A stretch of 64,000 nt of DNA from Chiloscyllium plagiosum (Eukaryota), in the NCBI RefSeq assembly GCF_004010195.1, contig NC_057718.1:17676028-17740027 (forward strand), given 5' to 3'. The notes beneath the pieces were generated by a model, which saw nothing but the letters and a program-made list of their open reading frames with translations, ran no database searches and was not told where the DNA came from. Within the stretch, counting starts at the first letter, position 1. Each line of letters starts with the position of its first letter. The position numbers were made by a program, and so were the translations under genes. This document shows, in pieces, positions 36,725 to 47,545 of this stretch.

Positions 36725-37545
36725 CTCAGCTCTGCACTGTCAGCCCAGATGTTCACTCAAATGGGGCCTACACCCACAACCCAATTACTCAGAGTCAAGG
36801 GTGTCTGACATGAGAAATGGAAACATTCCTGGTGGCTGCACCTGACCAATATCCAATGACAGCTGCTGGGACATGCCAGTACATGATGCCACAAAGTGGC
36901 AAGCTTGGGCTTAATGGTGAGGTGAACATTCATTGTTGGGCTAATACATTTGGACAGTTCTTGCAGACTGCTGCTGACTGCAGAACCACGCCACAGCAAG
37001 AAAGGATGGAGGCAACAAATTAAAACCTGGACTGTAAAACAAATTGATATAGATGTGAGGAACTGATAGAGAGAGAGCACTGAGGTAGATTTCCTGGACA
37101 AAGCAATAAATGGAATGGATGGAAAACTGAGGACAATGCATGCGCAATTTTTTAAGCATCTTTGCTGTGTCTTAGAATCTCAAAAGCTTTAACTCACAAC
37201 CTACTGACAAGTAGGAATGGTGCAAGTTGATTGTCATGTTCAAAAAGCTAAAGAAGGTTGCCTCACAAGCTCTGTCTGCATCTTCCCTGATACCCACAGT
37301 GGAACTGCCTTTGCATGCATCAGTCTAGGGGGATTTGACACTTATTGTCTTGGAAGGAGCATGACTAAAGAGCTTCTTTGAAATGTCCGCTGTTTGCATT
37401 GTGTGATGCAAGCCAGGGTGGTGTCTAATAAGCCATTTATCATCCAATATTTTCCACTTGCAACAGAAATCAAAATGTATTGGCACAACATGTTATAATC
37501 TGGTTGAAGCTGCCCTGAACTCATTTCATTTCAGGATCTATAGTC

Positions 37546-37590
37546 AGAGAGAGAGAGAGATAGGGAGGGAAGGAGGGAGAGAGAGTGAGG

Positions 37591-37626
<36 letters not shown>

Positions 37627-37650
37627 GTGAGGGAGGGAGGGAGAGAGTGA
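37546..37650. repeat. (GA)n/(GGGA)n polypurine microsatellite
   Basis: Visible in the sequence. Confidence 0.9.
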
Positions 37651-37729
37651 CAAATGAAAGGAAAGTAAATAAAGAAGGCTATTTCACCCCTTCTTTCTGG
37701 AGGTGAAAAGATCAGTGTTAAGGGATCCT

Positions 37730-37966
37730 AGAACTGGACAGAATGAGCAACCTTCAAAAATATCTCCATGAACCATGCTTAAGCCTTCCATCCAAATCGT
37801 TTGGGATGAAACAATTCAATTTGCAAAACGGATAGAACAGATTGGAGCAGAACTGGACAGAATGAGCAACCTTCAAAAATATCTCCATGAACCATGCTTA
37901 AGCCTTCCATCCAAATCGTTTGGGATGAAAAATTCAATTTGCAAAACGGATAGAACAGATTGGAGC
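37730..37966. repeat. Tandem duplication of a 119-bp unit (2 copies)
   Basis: 37730-37848 and 37849-37966 are identical except for a 1-nt indel. Confidence 0.95.
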
Positions 37967-39679
37967 CAAAGTCTGGGTTTACATAGCTCTCTGTGACAGC
38001 TTCCTGAAAATGGGAAATCACTTCAGTGCACGTGGAGGGAAGGAAGAGCAAATAGCTCACTGTTTGTGACCTGAATAAAAACATTAAGTTGTTGGGGTGG
38101 GGGGGGGGAACACGGGGAGGGGGGTCAACAGAGATGCTTCAATGTATTTCAGCAATACCTTCTTCCAATGTTGACTACATAATTTAATTAACGTTGTTGC
38201 TGTCAAGTGGACCCGTTTATCCTTTGAGACGTTGTTGTCACGGTGCCAAGTGTTTCAGCAAGATACAGCGCAGCATTCTCTATATTTAGTTTCCATCAAA
38301 GTTGAAACATTGTGCTATATTTAAGGAGCTGGATCCTGCTGCTGCACAAAGCTGCTATGTTGACTATTTGTGAATAAAACAGCAGGAATAAATGTTATGG
38401 TCGGAGGCGTCCTTCATACTTTGCAAAACACATTCTTTCCATTTGGATTCGCACCTTTCTGCATCCTCCACAAATAATTCAATATCAGTCTTATCACTTG
38501 AACTTGGATAGTCTCTGGGATACACAATACACTGGTTAAACTAGTGGTGAGGAGCTCACATGGAAGGTACGGGTCTGCGTGGGTGCAGAGGGTGTGGGTT
38601 CTGCCAATGTCTAGGGTGACTGACATCTTGAGCATTCTGACACAAAGTCTGCACTGGGGTGACCAATGATAAAGCACAGGGACATGGACAGAAAACTGAA
38701 GCAGCCAAACGTAACACTGATGGAGTGAATAAAGCCTCCTTTCCAATAAGCATTACGTGTGTGCTGACACCAGCTGGATTGCCCTAGTTTGGGAAGGTGG
38801 TTTCCCACTGTCCTTTCACAGGTGATTAGAGATGGCCAACAAATACTGGCCATGTGGAGCAATGTTCGCCATGCCATGAGTTTCCAGCCAGGAGAGTTTA
38901 TGGGACATGGTCACGTTCCAATATCAACAACACCACAAAGGTCATGGCAACAAAGACTAAAATTCTTCAACCCTTCTGCTGCAGCACAGTAACGTCAAAG
39001 CCACAACGCCTCAAGGTGAGTCCAACTGAGCACCCTGATGAATTATCGACAGCAACTTGGGAAATGGAGATAGCCATAAAACAGAGGGGGTGGAAACCCC
39101 CTCAAAGTAAACTGGGTGGAAAAAGTGCAGGAAAACCTGCCTTGACCTCCCAGACAGTGGATGGCTGAGGCTTGTCTCCCTCTACACCTGGGAACAAGGG
39201 CACAAATAATAGTGCCATTGCCTCTCAATTCACGCCATCCTGGCACTGAAATTTTATCACCCCTGTGCCATGGTTGTTGGGTCAATGTCCCACAGTTCTC
39301 AGTGCCTCTGAGGGAACACCATGACCACCAGGGTAGCAGTGACTCAACCAAGAGGCCTATCAGCACATTCTTGGAATGGGTGGCCTTATCAGGGTCGCCC
39401 ACATCCCGGCTACCATTAAAACAAGACAAGGCACTCCCTGCCTTCTTAGCTGCACACTGTGCATGATTTAAGGAAATCTGAAGGAAGAGTGGAAAAAAGC
39501 ATGATTCATAACTTCAGAGAGTACAGCCGGTGTTAGATATATCCTAATAACAGCTCTTTTATATCATTGGGCTTTTCAAACATACATAAAAACTGTAATC
39601 AAGTTATGCAGAAGAGCGTGAAACAAGCTATAAAGTGTAGCTTCAAAGCTGGATTGTGCGCTTTTAACCAAAGGTAGTA

Positions 39680-39757
39680 AAAATCACTGAAGGCATTTCC
39701 AAATCCTTAAATGTGGACAAAATCACTGAAGGCATTTCCAAATCCTTAAATGTGGAC
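39680..39757. repeat. Perfect tandem duplication of a 39-bp unit
   Basis: aaaatcactgaaggcatttccaaatccttaaatgtggac occurs twice. Confidence 0.95.
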
Positions 39758-39879
39758 AATGTTTAGACTTCTTTTTTAATTAGTCTAAAATGGTATCAAT
39801 CGAGGCTGACAACACAGCACCTCTGAATCCTCCCCCACAGCCTTGTGCAGGACATCTTTCTCAGTCTGGCTTTCCTGTG

Positions 39880-40080
39880 CACGCCATACACAGACACAGA
39901 TAAACACGCACACAGACACACACACACACAGGCACCGTTATACACAGATACACAGACATAAACACACACATACACACAAAGACACACCCAGGCATCGATA
40001 CACACAGGCACAGTTACACACAGGCACAGTTTTACACACACACACTCGCACACAATTTTACACACATACACAAACAGACA
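39880..40080. repeat. Degenerate (CA)n tract (UG-rich in the CRIM1 pre-mRNA)
   Basis: Visible in the sequence. Confidence 0.9.
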
Positions 40081-40154
40081 TCTCCCCATTTTCACTTCTT
40101 ACAAACATTCCCACAGCAGCTTTAAACTTTATTTTGAACTATATTTGCACGTAC

Positions 40155-40276
40155 CGTTGATGCACTCGAACAGATCGCAGCATCTTCCTGGCAGGCCATC
40201 CCCAGGGGAAATGATACGTGGCACAGTGCCAGCCTCACACTTAGGGACACGACAGATTCCCAGCAGACACTCGCAC
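40155..40276 (-). CDS. CRIM1: CRIM1 coding exon (exon 5 equivalent)
   Basis: (R)CECLLGICRVPKCEAGTVPRIISPGDGLPGRCCDLFECIN. Acceptor ttctAG, donor G|GTacgt; 122 nt, phase 2/1. Confidence 0.96.
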
Positions 40277-40431
40277 CTAGAACCCAAACAAGACACAACA
40301 AAATGAATCTTTTGACAGCGAGAACTGCAGGTGGCCAAGAGGAGGACAAAGCCACAAGCGCTGAGTCCATTCAGTCATTATATTGTAACTGAGCAAGCAA
40401 CTCTGGCCTGAAGCTGCCTTACTATCCAGCT

Positions 40432-40532
40432 GAGTGTGTGTGTGTGCGTGTATGCGTGCCTGTGTGTATGCGTGTCTGTGTATGTGTGTGCGCATGCCTG
40501 TGTGTATGTGTGTGCATGCCTGTGTGCGCGCA
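40432..40532. repeat. Degenerate (TG)n tract (CA-rich in the CRIM1 pre-mRNA)
   Basis: Visible in the sequence. Confidence 0.9.
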
Positions 40533-41084
40533 TTGGCTTTATGTTCTGCCATTTGGATTTGATCCAGCACAGAATGATTGGAAAGGAGACAACCTGCCCC
40601 TCTGCTTTTTTCTGGCTGTAAAGATTCTAGTAAAGGTTCTATGTGAAATAGCTATAAGCCACTCCAGTCCAGCTTTGAAAGGACATTGAACCACAGCTCC
40701 TCACTTCACAATCATGGGCAATTACAAGCAGAGGAATGGATTATGAGGATAACAGGAAATTATCAGAAACAGTGGAGCAGGAAGTGTGATTGTTACTGAA
40801 TACTTTCGTGAGCAATGATGAGTGGTACTGCTGACAGAGTGAACAGCTGGATCTAAGACCTGAATGTATCTGAGAGAGACAATGGTCAAATGTGCTGGCA
40901 AGACCTGCTGAGGCTACGTGTGAATCCAATATTATCAGCCCGGCTGAGATTCAGAGAATCATCAAATTACACTGGGTCTACAAAACAGAAACTAGTCTGC
41001 CATCTAGTTCATACCAGTATTTATTCTCAGAACAGATTCCTCCCACCCTTCTTCAACTACAATGGCATGTAGGTCGATCTACAG

Positions 41085-41300
41085 CTGGAGCTGGAGAGAG
41101 CAAAGCAAGTCAAGCAGCATCAGAGGAGCAGAACAGTGAATAGTTCCGATCGGGACCTTTCATCAGGACTCAGTGAAAGGGCCCAACCTGAAACATCGAC
41201 TCTCCGGCTCCTCTGATGTTGCATGACCTGCTATGCTTTTTCCAGCTCCACACTTTATCGACTCTGACTTACCAGCAGCTGCAGCCCTCGCTATCTCCAA
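41085..41300. mobile_element. Old palindromic PLE pseudo-LTR element with decayed hammerhead cores
   Basis: Arm ggagctgga...gcagcatcagaggag...ttcatcagg pairs with ...cctgaaacatcg...ctcctctgatgttgc...tccagctcc. Confidence 0.7.
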
Positions 41301-41447
41301 CCTACCTACAGCATGTGGAATGCAGCAGTTCAGAATAAAACAGCTTACCACCACCTTCTCAAGGGCAACTAGAGATTAGCAATAAATACTGGCCCAGAAA
41401 GCAGCATTCACATCCCACAGGTGAATAAAACAACTCAGCCTATCATT

Positions 41448-41610
41448 GTTAACGTTTCAAGTCCAGTGACCCTGCTCTGAAGAAGGTTCACTGGACTTGA
41501 AATGGTAAATCTGCTTTCGCTCCACAGGTGCTGCCAGATCTGCTGAGTTTCTTCAGCAATTTCCATTTTAGCTTCAGATCATCTGCACCTGAAATTCTTT
41601 GTTTCATGTT
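41448..41610 (+). mobile_element. PLE pseudo-LTR with a short 5' inversion and a hammerhead-like core; related copies at about 5500, 16350, 18625, 29230 and 46215
   Basis: gttaacgtttcaagtccagtgaccct is inverted relative to ctgaagaaggttcactggacttgaaatggtaa. Confidence 0.7.
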
Positions 41611-41907
41611 AGCATTTAGTTAATGTCCCCTTCTATTTCATTTCTGTCTCAGGAGTTTATTTCACTTTCAATTAAATGATTTAATTTTAACCATTCCTTG
41701 TGGTAAGGCATTCTACATTCTAACCACTCCTGGAGTGAGGAGGTCTTTTTGGATTTATGAGTTGTTTTCTTAAATTTACAGCCCCTAGTATTGGACTTAC
41801 CCACAAATGGAAGTATCATCTCCCCATCTACCCTATCCAAATTTTAAATTAATTAGTTAAAAATCACACAACACCAGCTTATAGTCCAACAGGTTTAATT
41901 GGAAGCA

Positions 41908-41942
41908 CACTAGCTTTCGGAGCGACACTCCTTCATCAGGGG
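41908..41942 (-). ncRNA. Minimal hammerhead-ribozyme motif on the CRIM1 sense strand
   Basis: Minus strand: ccc-CUGAUGA-a-GGAGU(guc)GCUCC-GAAA-GC-UA/gug; stem I has a C-U mismatch. Confidence 0.6.
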
Positions 41943-41948
41943 GACTAT

Positions 41949-41983
41949 CACCTGATGAAGGAGCACCGCTCTGAAAGCTAGTG
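41949..41983 (+). ncRNA. Minimal hammerhead-ribozyme motif, antisense to CRIM1
   Basis: CAC-CUGAUGA-a-GGAGC(acc)GCUCU-GAAA-GC-UA/GUG: 3-bp stem I and palindromic AGCU stem III. Confidence 0.68.
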
Positions 41984-42404
41984 TGCTTCCAATTAAACCT
42001 GTTGGACTATAAGCTGGTGTTGTGTGATTTTTAACTTTGTACACCCCAGTCTAACACCGGCATCTCCAAATCTTAAATTAATTAAGTTATAAGAAATAGG
42101 GCTGCCCTCTCATTAGAGAGAGAGATGACTGGTGGTAGTTTAACTTGGGGTCACCACACCTCAGATGAGGGGACAGGGGGAGAAGGACCTTGATCAGGTC
42201 ATCCCTCTTTTCTAGATATCAGTGATTCCGTCTAGGATTAGCTCCTGTCCAATGCGCTTCTGTAAAATCACCACTTAACTTGTAGTTACGAGAGCTAAAG
42301 TCTCCACACATGGAGCGACTGAACATGCCGTTGTTGACTTGCCGCATCACTGGGGGTGATGGATATCCCTCCTCACCATCGTCAGGACCAGCGAGGAGAC
42401 TCAC

Positions 42405-42525
42405 CGTGTCGGGAGAGTGCAGCAGCCGTCAGCAGTTAGTCGGGTCGGGGTCTCATAGCTGTCAGGTGGGCAGACGACAGACTGAATGGCTGGGCAGTCC
42501 ACTGTGCTGCAGTCCACGTTATACA
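42405..42525 (-). CDS. CRIM1: CRIM1 coding exon (exon 4 equivalent); not in the ORF track
   Basis: Read manually: (V)YNVDCSTVDCPAIQSVVCPPDSYETPTRLTADGCCTLPT(R). Acceptor cttgcAG, donor CG|GTgag; 121 nt, phase 1/2; joins both flanking exons in frame. Confidence 0.96.
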
Positions 42526-42799
42526 CTGCAAGAGGCAAAATGAAATTGTCAATATCGAGTACTCTCTGGCCGCAGCTGGAGAGATGAGCAGGAGGAATGA
42601 ACCCGTGCAGATGGTGGATGCATTGAATCAGCGCGTGTTGTCAGAGTTCACTGTAACCTCTAGGTATTACCACCTTCTCCAACAGAGCCTTCTGAGAACA
42701 GGGTGAAAATTAAGCAGCATACAGTGACTGCTAGATGCTCCCACATTCACAGTGTAATCTGCCAAACTCCCATAGCCCATGGGAATGGGAATCCAGGGT

Positions 42800-43100
42800 G
42801 TTCAAAATCAGGAGGGATTTGAGCTGAGTAAATAAGGGGAAAAGATTCTTGTTGATGGAATATTTCAAGGGTATTAATTTAAGGTGATCTGTAACAGACG
42901 TAATGGTAACAGGAAGAAAATCTTTTTTATGCAGCAAGTGCTCAGGATCTGGGACGCACTGCCTGAGAGTGGGGTGCACACAGATTCGACTGAGGCTTTT
43001 AAAAGGCAATTGGATGACGATTGAGGAGAAAATGTTACCCAGCCACAAGGGAGTTTGACTCAACAGTCAGTACAGAGATGGTGGGCTTTTTCTGTTGTGA
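42800..43100 (+). mobile_element. Old CR1 3' fragment
   Basis: Degenerate C-terminal CR1 sequence (ggatctgggacgcactgcctgagag...gcttttaaaaggcaattggat). Confidence 0.6.
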
Positions 43101-43321
43101 AATCATTTTATTCTTCCAGGAACAGGCACTACGGTTATAAAACTTGGACAAAGTTCTCCACTGGCACCACTACAGTGAATTAGTTCCTTAGGTTATTTTC
43201 TGGTGCCCTCCCCTCGCGTTTCCTATCAAGTGAGCTCTGAATGGGGAGCCTTTTTGCTTTACATTGAGTTGAAAGACTAGGAGAAATTTAAAATTGTGAA
43301 AATCTCTTGTTCAAGTAATGC

Positions 43322-43765
43322 CTGTATGTGTGTGTGTGTATGTGTGTGTGAGAAAGACAGCGAGGGACACAGGAGAGGACAGTGCTACCGCATGTATGTG
43401 CGTGAGCGAGTGTTTGTGAGAGAGAGTGTGTGTGACTCAGAGAGAGAGTGATACTGAGTATGTGAGAGTGATATGTGATGAAAGATGAAGATAATTTGAG
43501 TGTGTGTGTGTTTGAGTGTGTGGGCGCACATGTGAGAAAGAACAACACTGACTCTGTGTGTATGTGAGAGAGAGAGAGAGAGATACCGAAGGTGTGAGTG
43601 AGTGCATGCATGTGAAAGACAGAGAAATGACATGGGACTGCGTACTTGCGTGTGAGTAACAAAGGGGGCAATATTGAGCACGTGTGAGAGAGCAATACCG
43701 AGTGTGTGTGACTGAGTATATTTGTGTGTGAGAGAGAGAGTGTGTGTGTATTTGTGTAGAGAGAA
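43322..43765. repeat. Long degenerate (TG)/(GA) low-complexity tract
   Basis: Visible in the sequence. Confidence 0.85.
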
Positions 43766-44199
43766 TCAGGGAAAGTAACTGTCAGCTGATCAGGCTCATT
43801 TCTCTGTGAATACATAAAGGGTTGCAATCGTGTGATGCGATATTAGTAACAAATGTTGCTCATGGTTTCACTTAAAATTCCTCTATCTGCTTTTTAAAAG
43901 GCAATCTAACCTGTGGATATCACGTGAACACGCTCACAGTTTTATTACTAACATTGCAAAATAGCATTTCAGTCCAAGTTTAGTATAACAACAGCAGGCA
44001 TGGCATCTTCAAAAATGAGAAACATCCCCAGCTCTTTGCCTGAGATGGATAATCTGCATGACATTAACACAAATTAGGGGTGAAAATAGGCCATTCAGCC
44101 CATCAAACCTGTTCCACCATTCAATAAGATTGCAGCTGATTGGTTTGTGTTCCAAATTCCACATTTCCATTTCTCCCCGATCCTCTTTAATGGAGGAGT

Positions 44200-44965
44200 T
44201 ATGATGAGAGGGAGGGTCATAGGCTGGTATAGAAGAGGGCAAGGAGGGAAGGAATAGGGAGGGAATTCCAGAGTGCAGAGCTCAGACATCAGAAGGAGTG
44301 GTTGCTAAAGGAACAAGCAATGCATGAGGAGACACCATTGGAAGATATTGAGTTCTCAGAGGGTTGTAGGGCAGGAGAAGTTTAGAAGGAGGCTTGAGAT
44401 CATAAGTGGATTTTAATTGGGAGAAACTGGGAGCCAAAGGAGGTCAGGAATTGGTGTCAACAAAGAGCACACAGCTTTGGTTGAGCTGAACTTTGGATGG
44501 AAGGTGAAGGTCTGTCCAGGTGAACACTGGAATCAGTCAGAGGGGACAACCATCTGGATAAGGGTTTCAGCAGCAGCAGCAGCAACTGGACTGAGGCAGG
44601 ATGGGGAGGGACAGTCAGTTGGGGGGGGTTGGTATATAGACAGTTTTTCATGGTGGACATCACATGGAATTGGAAGCTCAGTTTAGATCAAAAAGGAGTC
44701 AGAGTTTGCAAACACTCTGCTTTCTCCCGAGATGGTGGTCTAGGTGTAGAATGGAGATCGTTTGCTCAGGAATGACTCGGTCTGGCTAGTGTTTAACAAG
44801 CCTCCTCCAGGGCTGGATAGTACATGAGCTGCAACAGAGATAGTGCAGCTGATAAGAGAGGCAGAACTACCTTGTTAAAGGTGACCCAGTGTGTTTGGTG
44901 ATGTCTTCAAGAGGCAGCATGTAGATGAGGAAGAGGAGGGAGGTCAAGAATGCCTTCAAGGCAAT
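44200..44965 (-). mobile_element. L2-like LINE remnant
   Basis: The minus strand near 44870-44960 reads LLFLIYMLPLEDIT, resembling the L2 RT LFxIYxxPL motif; the body is purine-rich and degenerate. Confidence 0.55.
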
Positions 44966-45647
44966 CCTGTTCATTCTTGTATAGTGCTTCATAAAAAAGA
45001 TATAAGGTTTGTCACAAGACCAATCTGAAGACTTTGTGACAGCATGATGTGATGCTTTGGAGCTCAGTACAGTAGCTGACGTGCGATAGCACGACAAAGT
45101 AAGCCATATCCAGTTAAGCTCTAAGGAAATTAAACCCTTAGGTCGGTCTGATATCCAATATCCTGTTGTATGGGAAAACATTCCTCATGGAAATCCTGTC
45201 ACATGACAAACTGCGTTAAACAGGAGTGAAAGCGTAGGCTGTTTCCCTCGACTATGCTGAAAACCATCAGCAATGGCGACAGCACAAGTTCCCCTGGACA
45301 ATATATGGTGTGACAGCAGATAGTGACTAGATCACTGGTGGAGGATTTTGCGGGGATTGATTCATTTGTTAGTAAACGGCCTAGATTTTGTCAACAAATT
45401 ATAAAGACAAAATCAGTAAACTTTAGGTTTCCTTGGGGTTGCAAATCTGGGTCATCAGTTGCCTGTCATTTTTATTCTCGACCTCAATTCCCACCCTGAC
45501 CTCCTCTGATCCTGGCCTCCTGCATTATTCCAATACCAACCTCACGCAAGCCCAGGGAACAACACCTCACTTTTCAATTCGGCACAATTCCACACTGAGT
45601 TCAACAATTTCAGGCTGTGGAGTCCGCCCCCTCCCCCAAATACTGTT

Positions 45648-45968
45648 TTAGATTAGATTGGATTCCCTACAGTGTGGAAACAGGCCCTTCAGCCCAACAA
45701 GCCCACACTGACCCTCCGAAGAGTAACCCACCCAGACGCATTTCCCTCTGACTAATGCACGTAACACTATGGGCAATTTAGCATGGCCAATTCACCTGAC
45801 CTGCACATCTTTGGACTGTGGGAGGAAACCGGAGCACCCAGAGGAAACCCACGCAGACACAGGGAGAATGTGCAAACTCCACACAGACAGTCACCCGAGG
45901 CTGGAATCAAACCTGGGACCCTAGTGCTGTGAGGCAGCAATGCTAACCACCGAGCCACTGTGCCACCC
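45648..45968 (-). mobile_element. Full-length HE1-type V-SINE
   Basis: Reverse complement of the 36405 type, with A/B boxes and a (GATTA)n tail. Confidence 0.94.
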
Positions 45969-46299
45969 ATCTTGGTTTTAATTTGTTATTTTCTTGTTTT
46001 TTCTCTCTTTCAGATAGTTGCTGTGCACCATTCTGCCACTCACACCTCCTTGACAGCTCCATTTTGTTTCCTGATATTTATCACGACCATTCCTGTTTGC
46101 CATGCAGCAATCACTGATTCTTTTGTTACTTAGCCTCTCCCTTCACAGACTCTCACTTTCATTCTTTTTCCCACCTCCCATTTTCATAAGTTTCAAACTG
46201 GCCAAATTTCCAAATTCTGATAAGAGGTTATTGGCCTGAAATGCGAAATCTGTCTCTTCCTCTCTCCCAGAATTACTTCCCATGTATTTTCATCATCTT

Positions 46300-46720
46300 A
46301 GACCATTGGACATTGGAACACAACAAAGTCATTTGGCCCATTGAGTCTGCTCCACCAGTCAATGAGATCATGGCTGATCTGATAATCCTCAATTCCACTT
46401 TCCTGCCATTTCCCAATAACTCTCACTGATTAAAAATCTGGCTGTCTCAACCTTGAATATCCTTAACAACCTAACCTCAACCTTTGCAATAATGAATTCC
46501 ACCGATGCACTAACCTGTGTGAAAGGAAATTCTTCCTTATCTCTGCTTTAAATGGAGGACCCCCTTATTCTAAGACTACAATCACTGGTCCTGGACTCTC
46601 CCACAAGGAGGAACAATCTGTCTGCAACTACCTTGTCAAGTCCCTGAAGAATGTTGGATGTTTCAATAAGATCACCTCTCATTCTTTTGAACACTGACGA
46701 GTACAGGCTCACTCTACACT
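46300..46720 (-). mobile_element. Old CR1 3' fragment
   Basis: catttggcccattgagtctgctccacc...gatcatggctgatct tail; atgtttcaataagatcacctctcattctt. Confidence 0.75.
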
Positions 46721-46721
46721 C

Positions 46722-47025
46722 TCACCCTCCCCCCCCACCTTACCTCAGTTCCAACCTTCCAGCTCAGCACCATCCTCATAACCTGTCCCACCTATCCGCT
46801 CCACCCTCCTCTCCAACCTGTCACCGTTACCCCCACCTCCATCCACCCATTGCACTCTTAGCCACCTTCTCCCCAGCCCCACCCCTGAGGCTCCCAGCCT
46901 CATTCCTGATGAAGGACTTTAGCCCAAAACATTGATTTTCCTGCTCCTTGGATGCTGCCTGACCTGTGCTTTTCCAGCACCACTCTAATCTTGACTGTAA
47001 TCTCCAGCATCTGCAGTACCCACTT
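46722..47025 (+). mobile_element. PLE 3' UTR/pseudo-LTR fragment with a mutated hammerhead core
   Basis: Homologous to 23690-23989; cctgatgaaggactttagcccaaaacattg. Confidence 0.85.
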
Positions 47026-47079
47026 CTATCGTGCCTGAACTGCTTACCTCTCTTAACATGGACAAAAGAGCTGAATTCC

Positions 47080-47545
47080 AGAGGGGAGTTCCTGGCAAAA
47101 CTGGGGTCAGTGAGTATCAGGAGGAAAACTGAGTTATGCTTAGCACAAAAGATGATTATGGTTGTTGGAGGTCTGCCATCTCAGCTCCAGGGCATCACTG
47201 CAGAAATTCCTCAGAAGTGTCCTCAGCCCAACCATCTTCAGCTGCTTCATCAATGTGCTTCCCTCCATCATAAGCCCAGAAGTTGGGGTGTGTGCAACCA
47301 TCAGCAAAATGTTCACCACTCGTGACTCCTCAGATACTGAAGCAGTCCACGTTCAAATGCAAAACTGGACAATATCCAAGTTTGGGCTGACAAGTGGCAC
47401 AAAAGTTACCAGCTCCAATAAGAGAACCTAACCATTGACCTTTCCATTCAAAGGTGGTAGCATCACTGAATCAACATCTCGAGTTGCCATTTGCTATAAA
47501 TTGAATTGGACTTGCCATGTAAATACTGCAGCACCCTACAGAGCA
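47080..47545 (+). mobile_element. Degenerate L2/CR1-group RT fragment of a second LINE family
   Basis: QGITAEIPQ / SVLSPTIFSCFINVLPSII corresponds to the PQGSVLGP motif. Confidence 0.75.

Larger units (their letters stand above)
41856..42072. mobile_element. Young palindromic PLE-derived element with two opposed hammerhead motifs
   Basis: Inverted arms of about 86 bp (41855-41940 and 41951-42036), a tail, and the 12-bp duplication TTAAATTAATTA (41844-41855, 42073-42084). Confidence 0.9.

Noticed and set aside
43288..43827. His/Thr- or Cys/Val-rich ORFs (also at about 8900, 20700, 39800 and 40400)
   Set aside because: They are translations of dinucleotide microsatellites.
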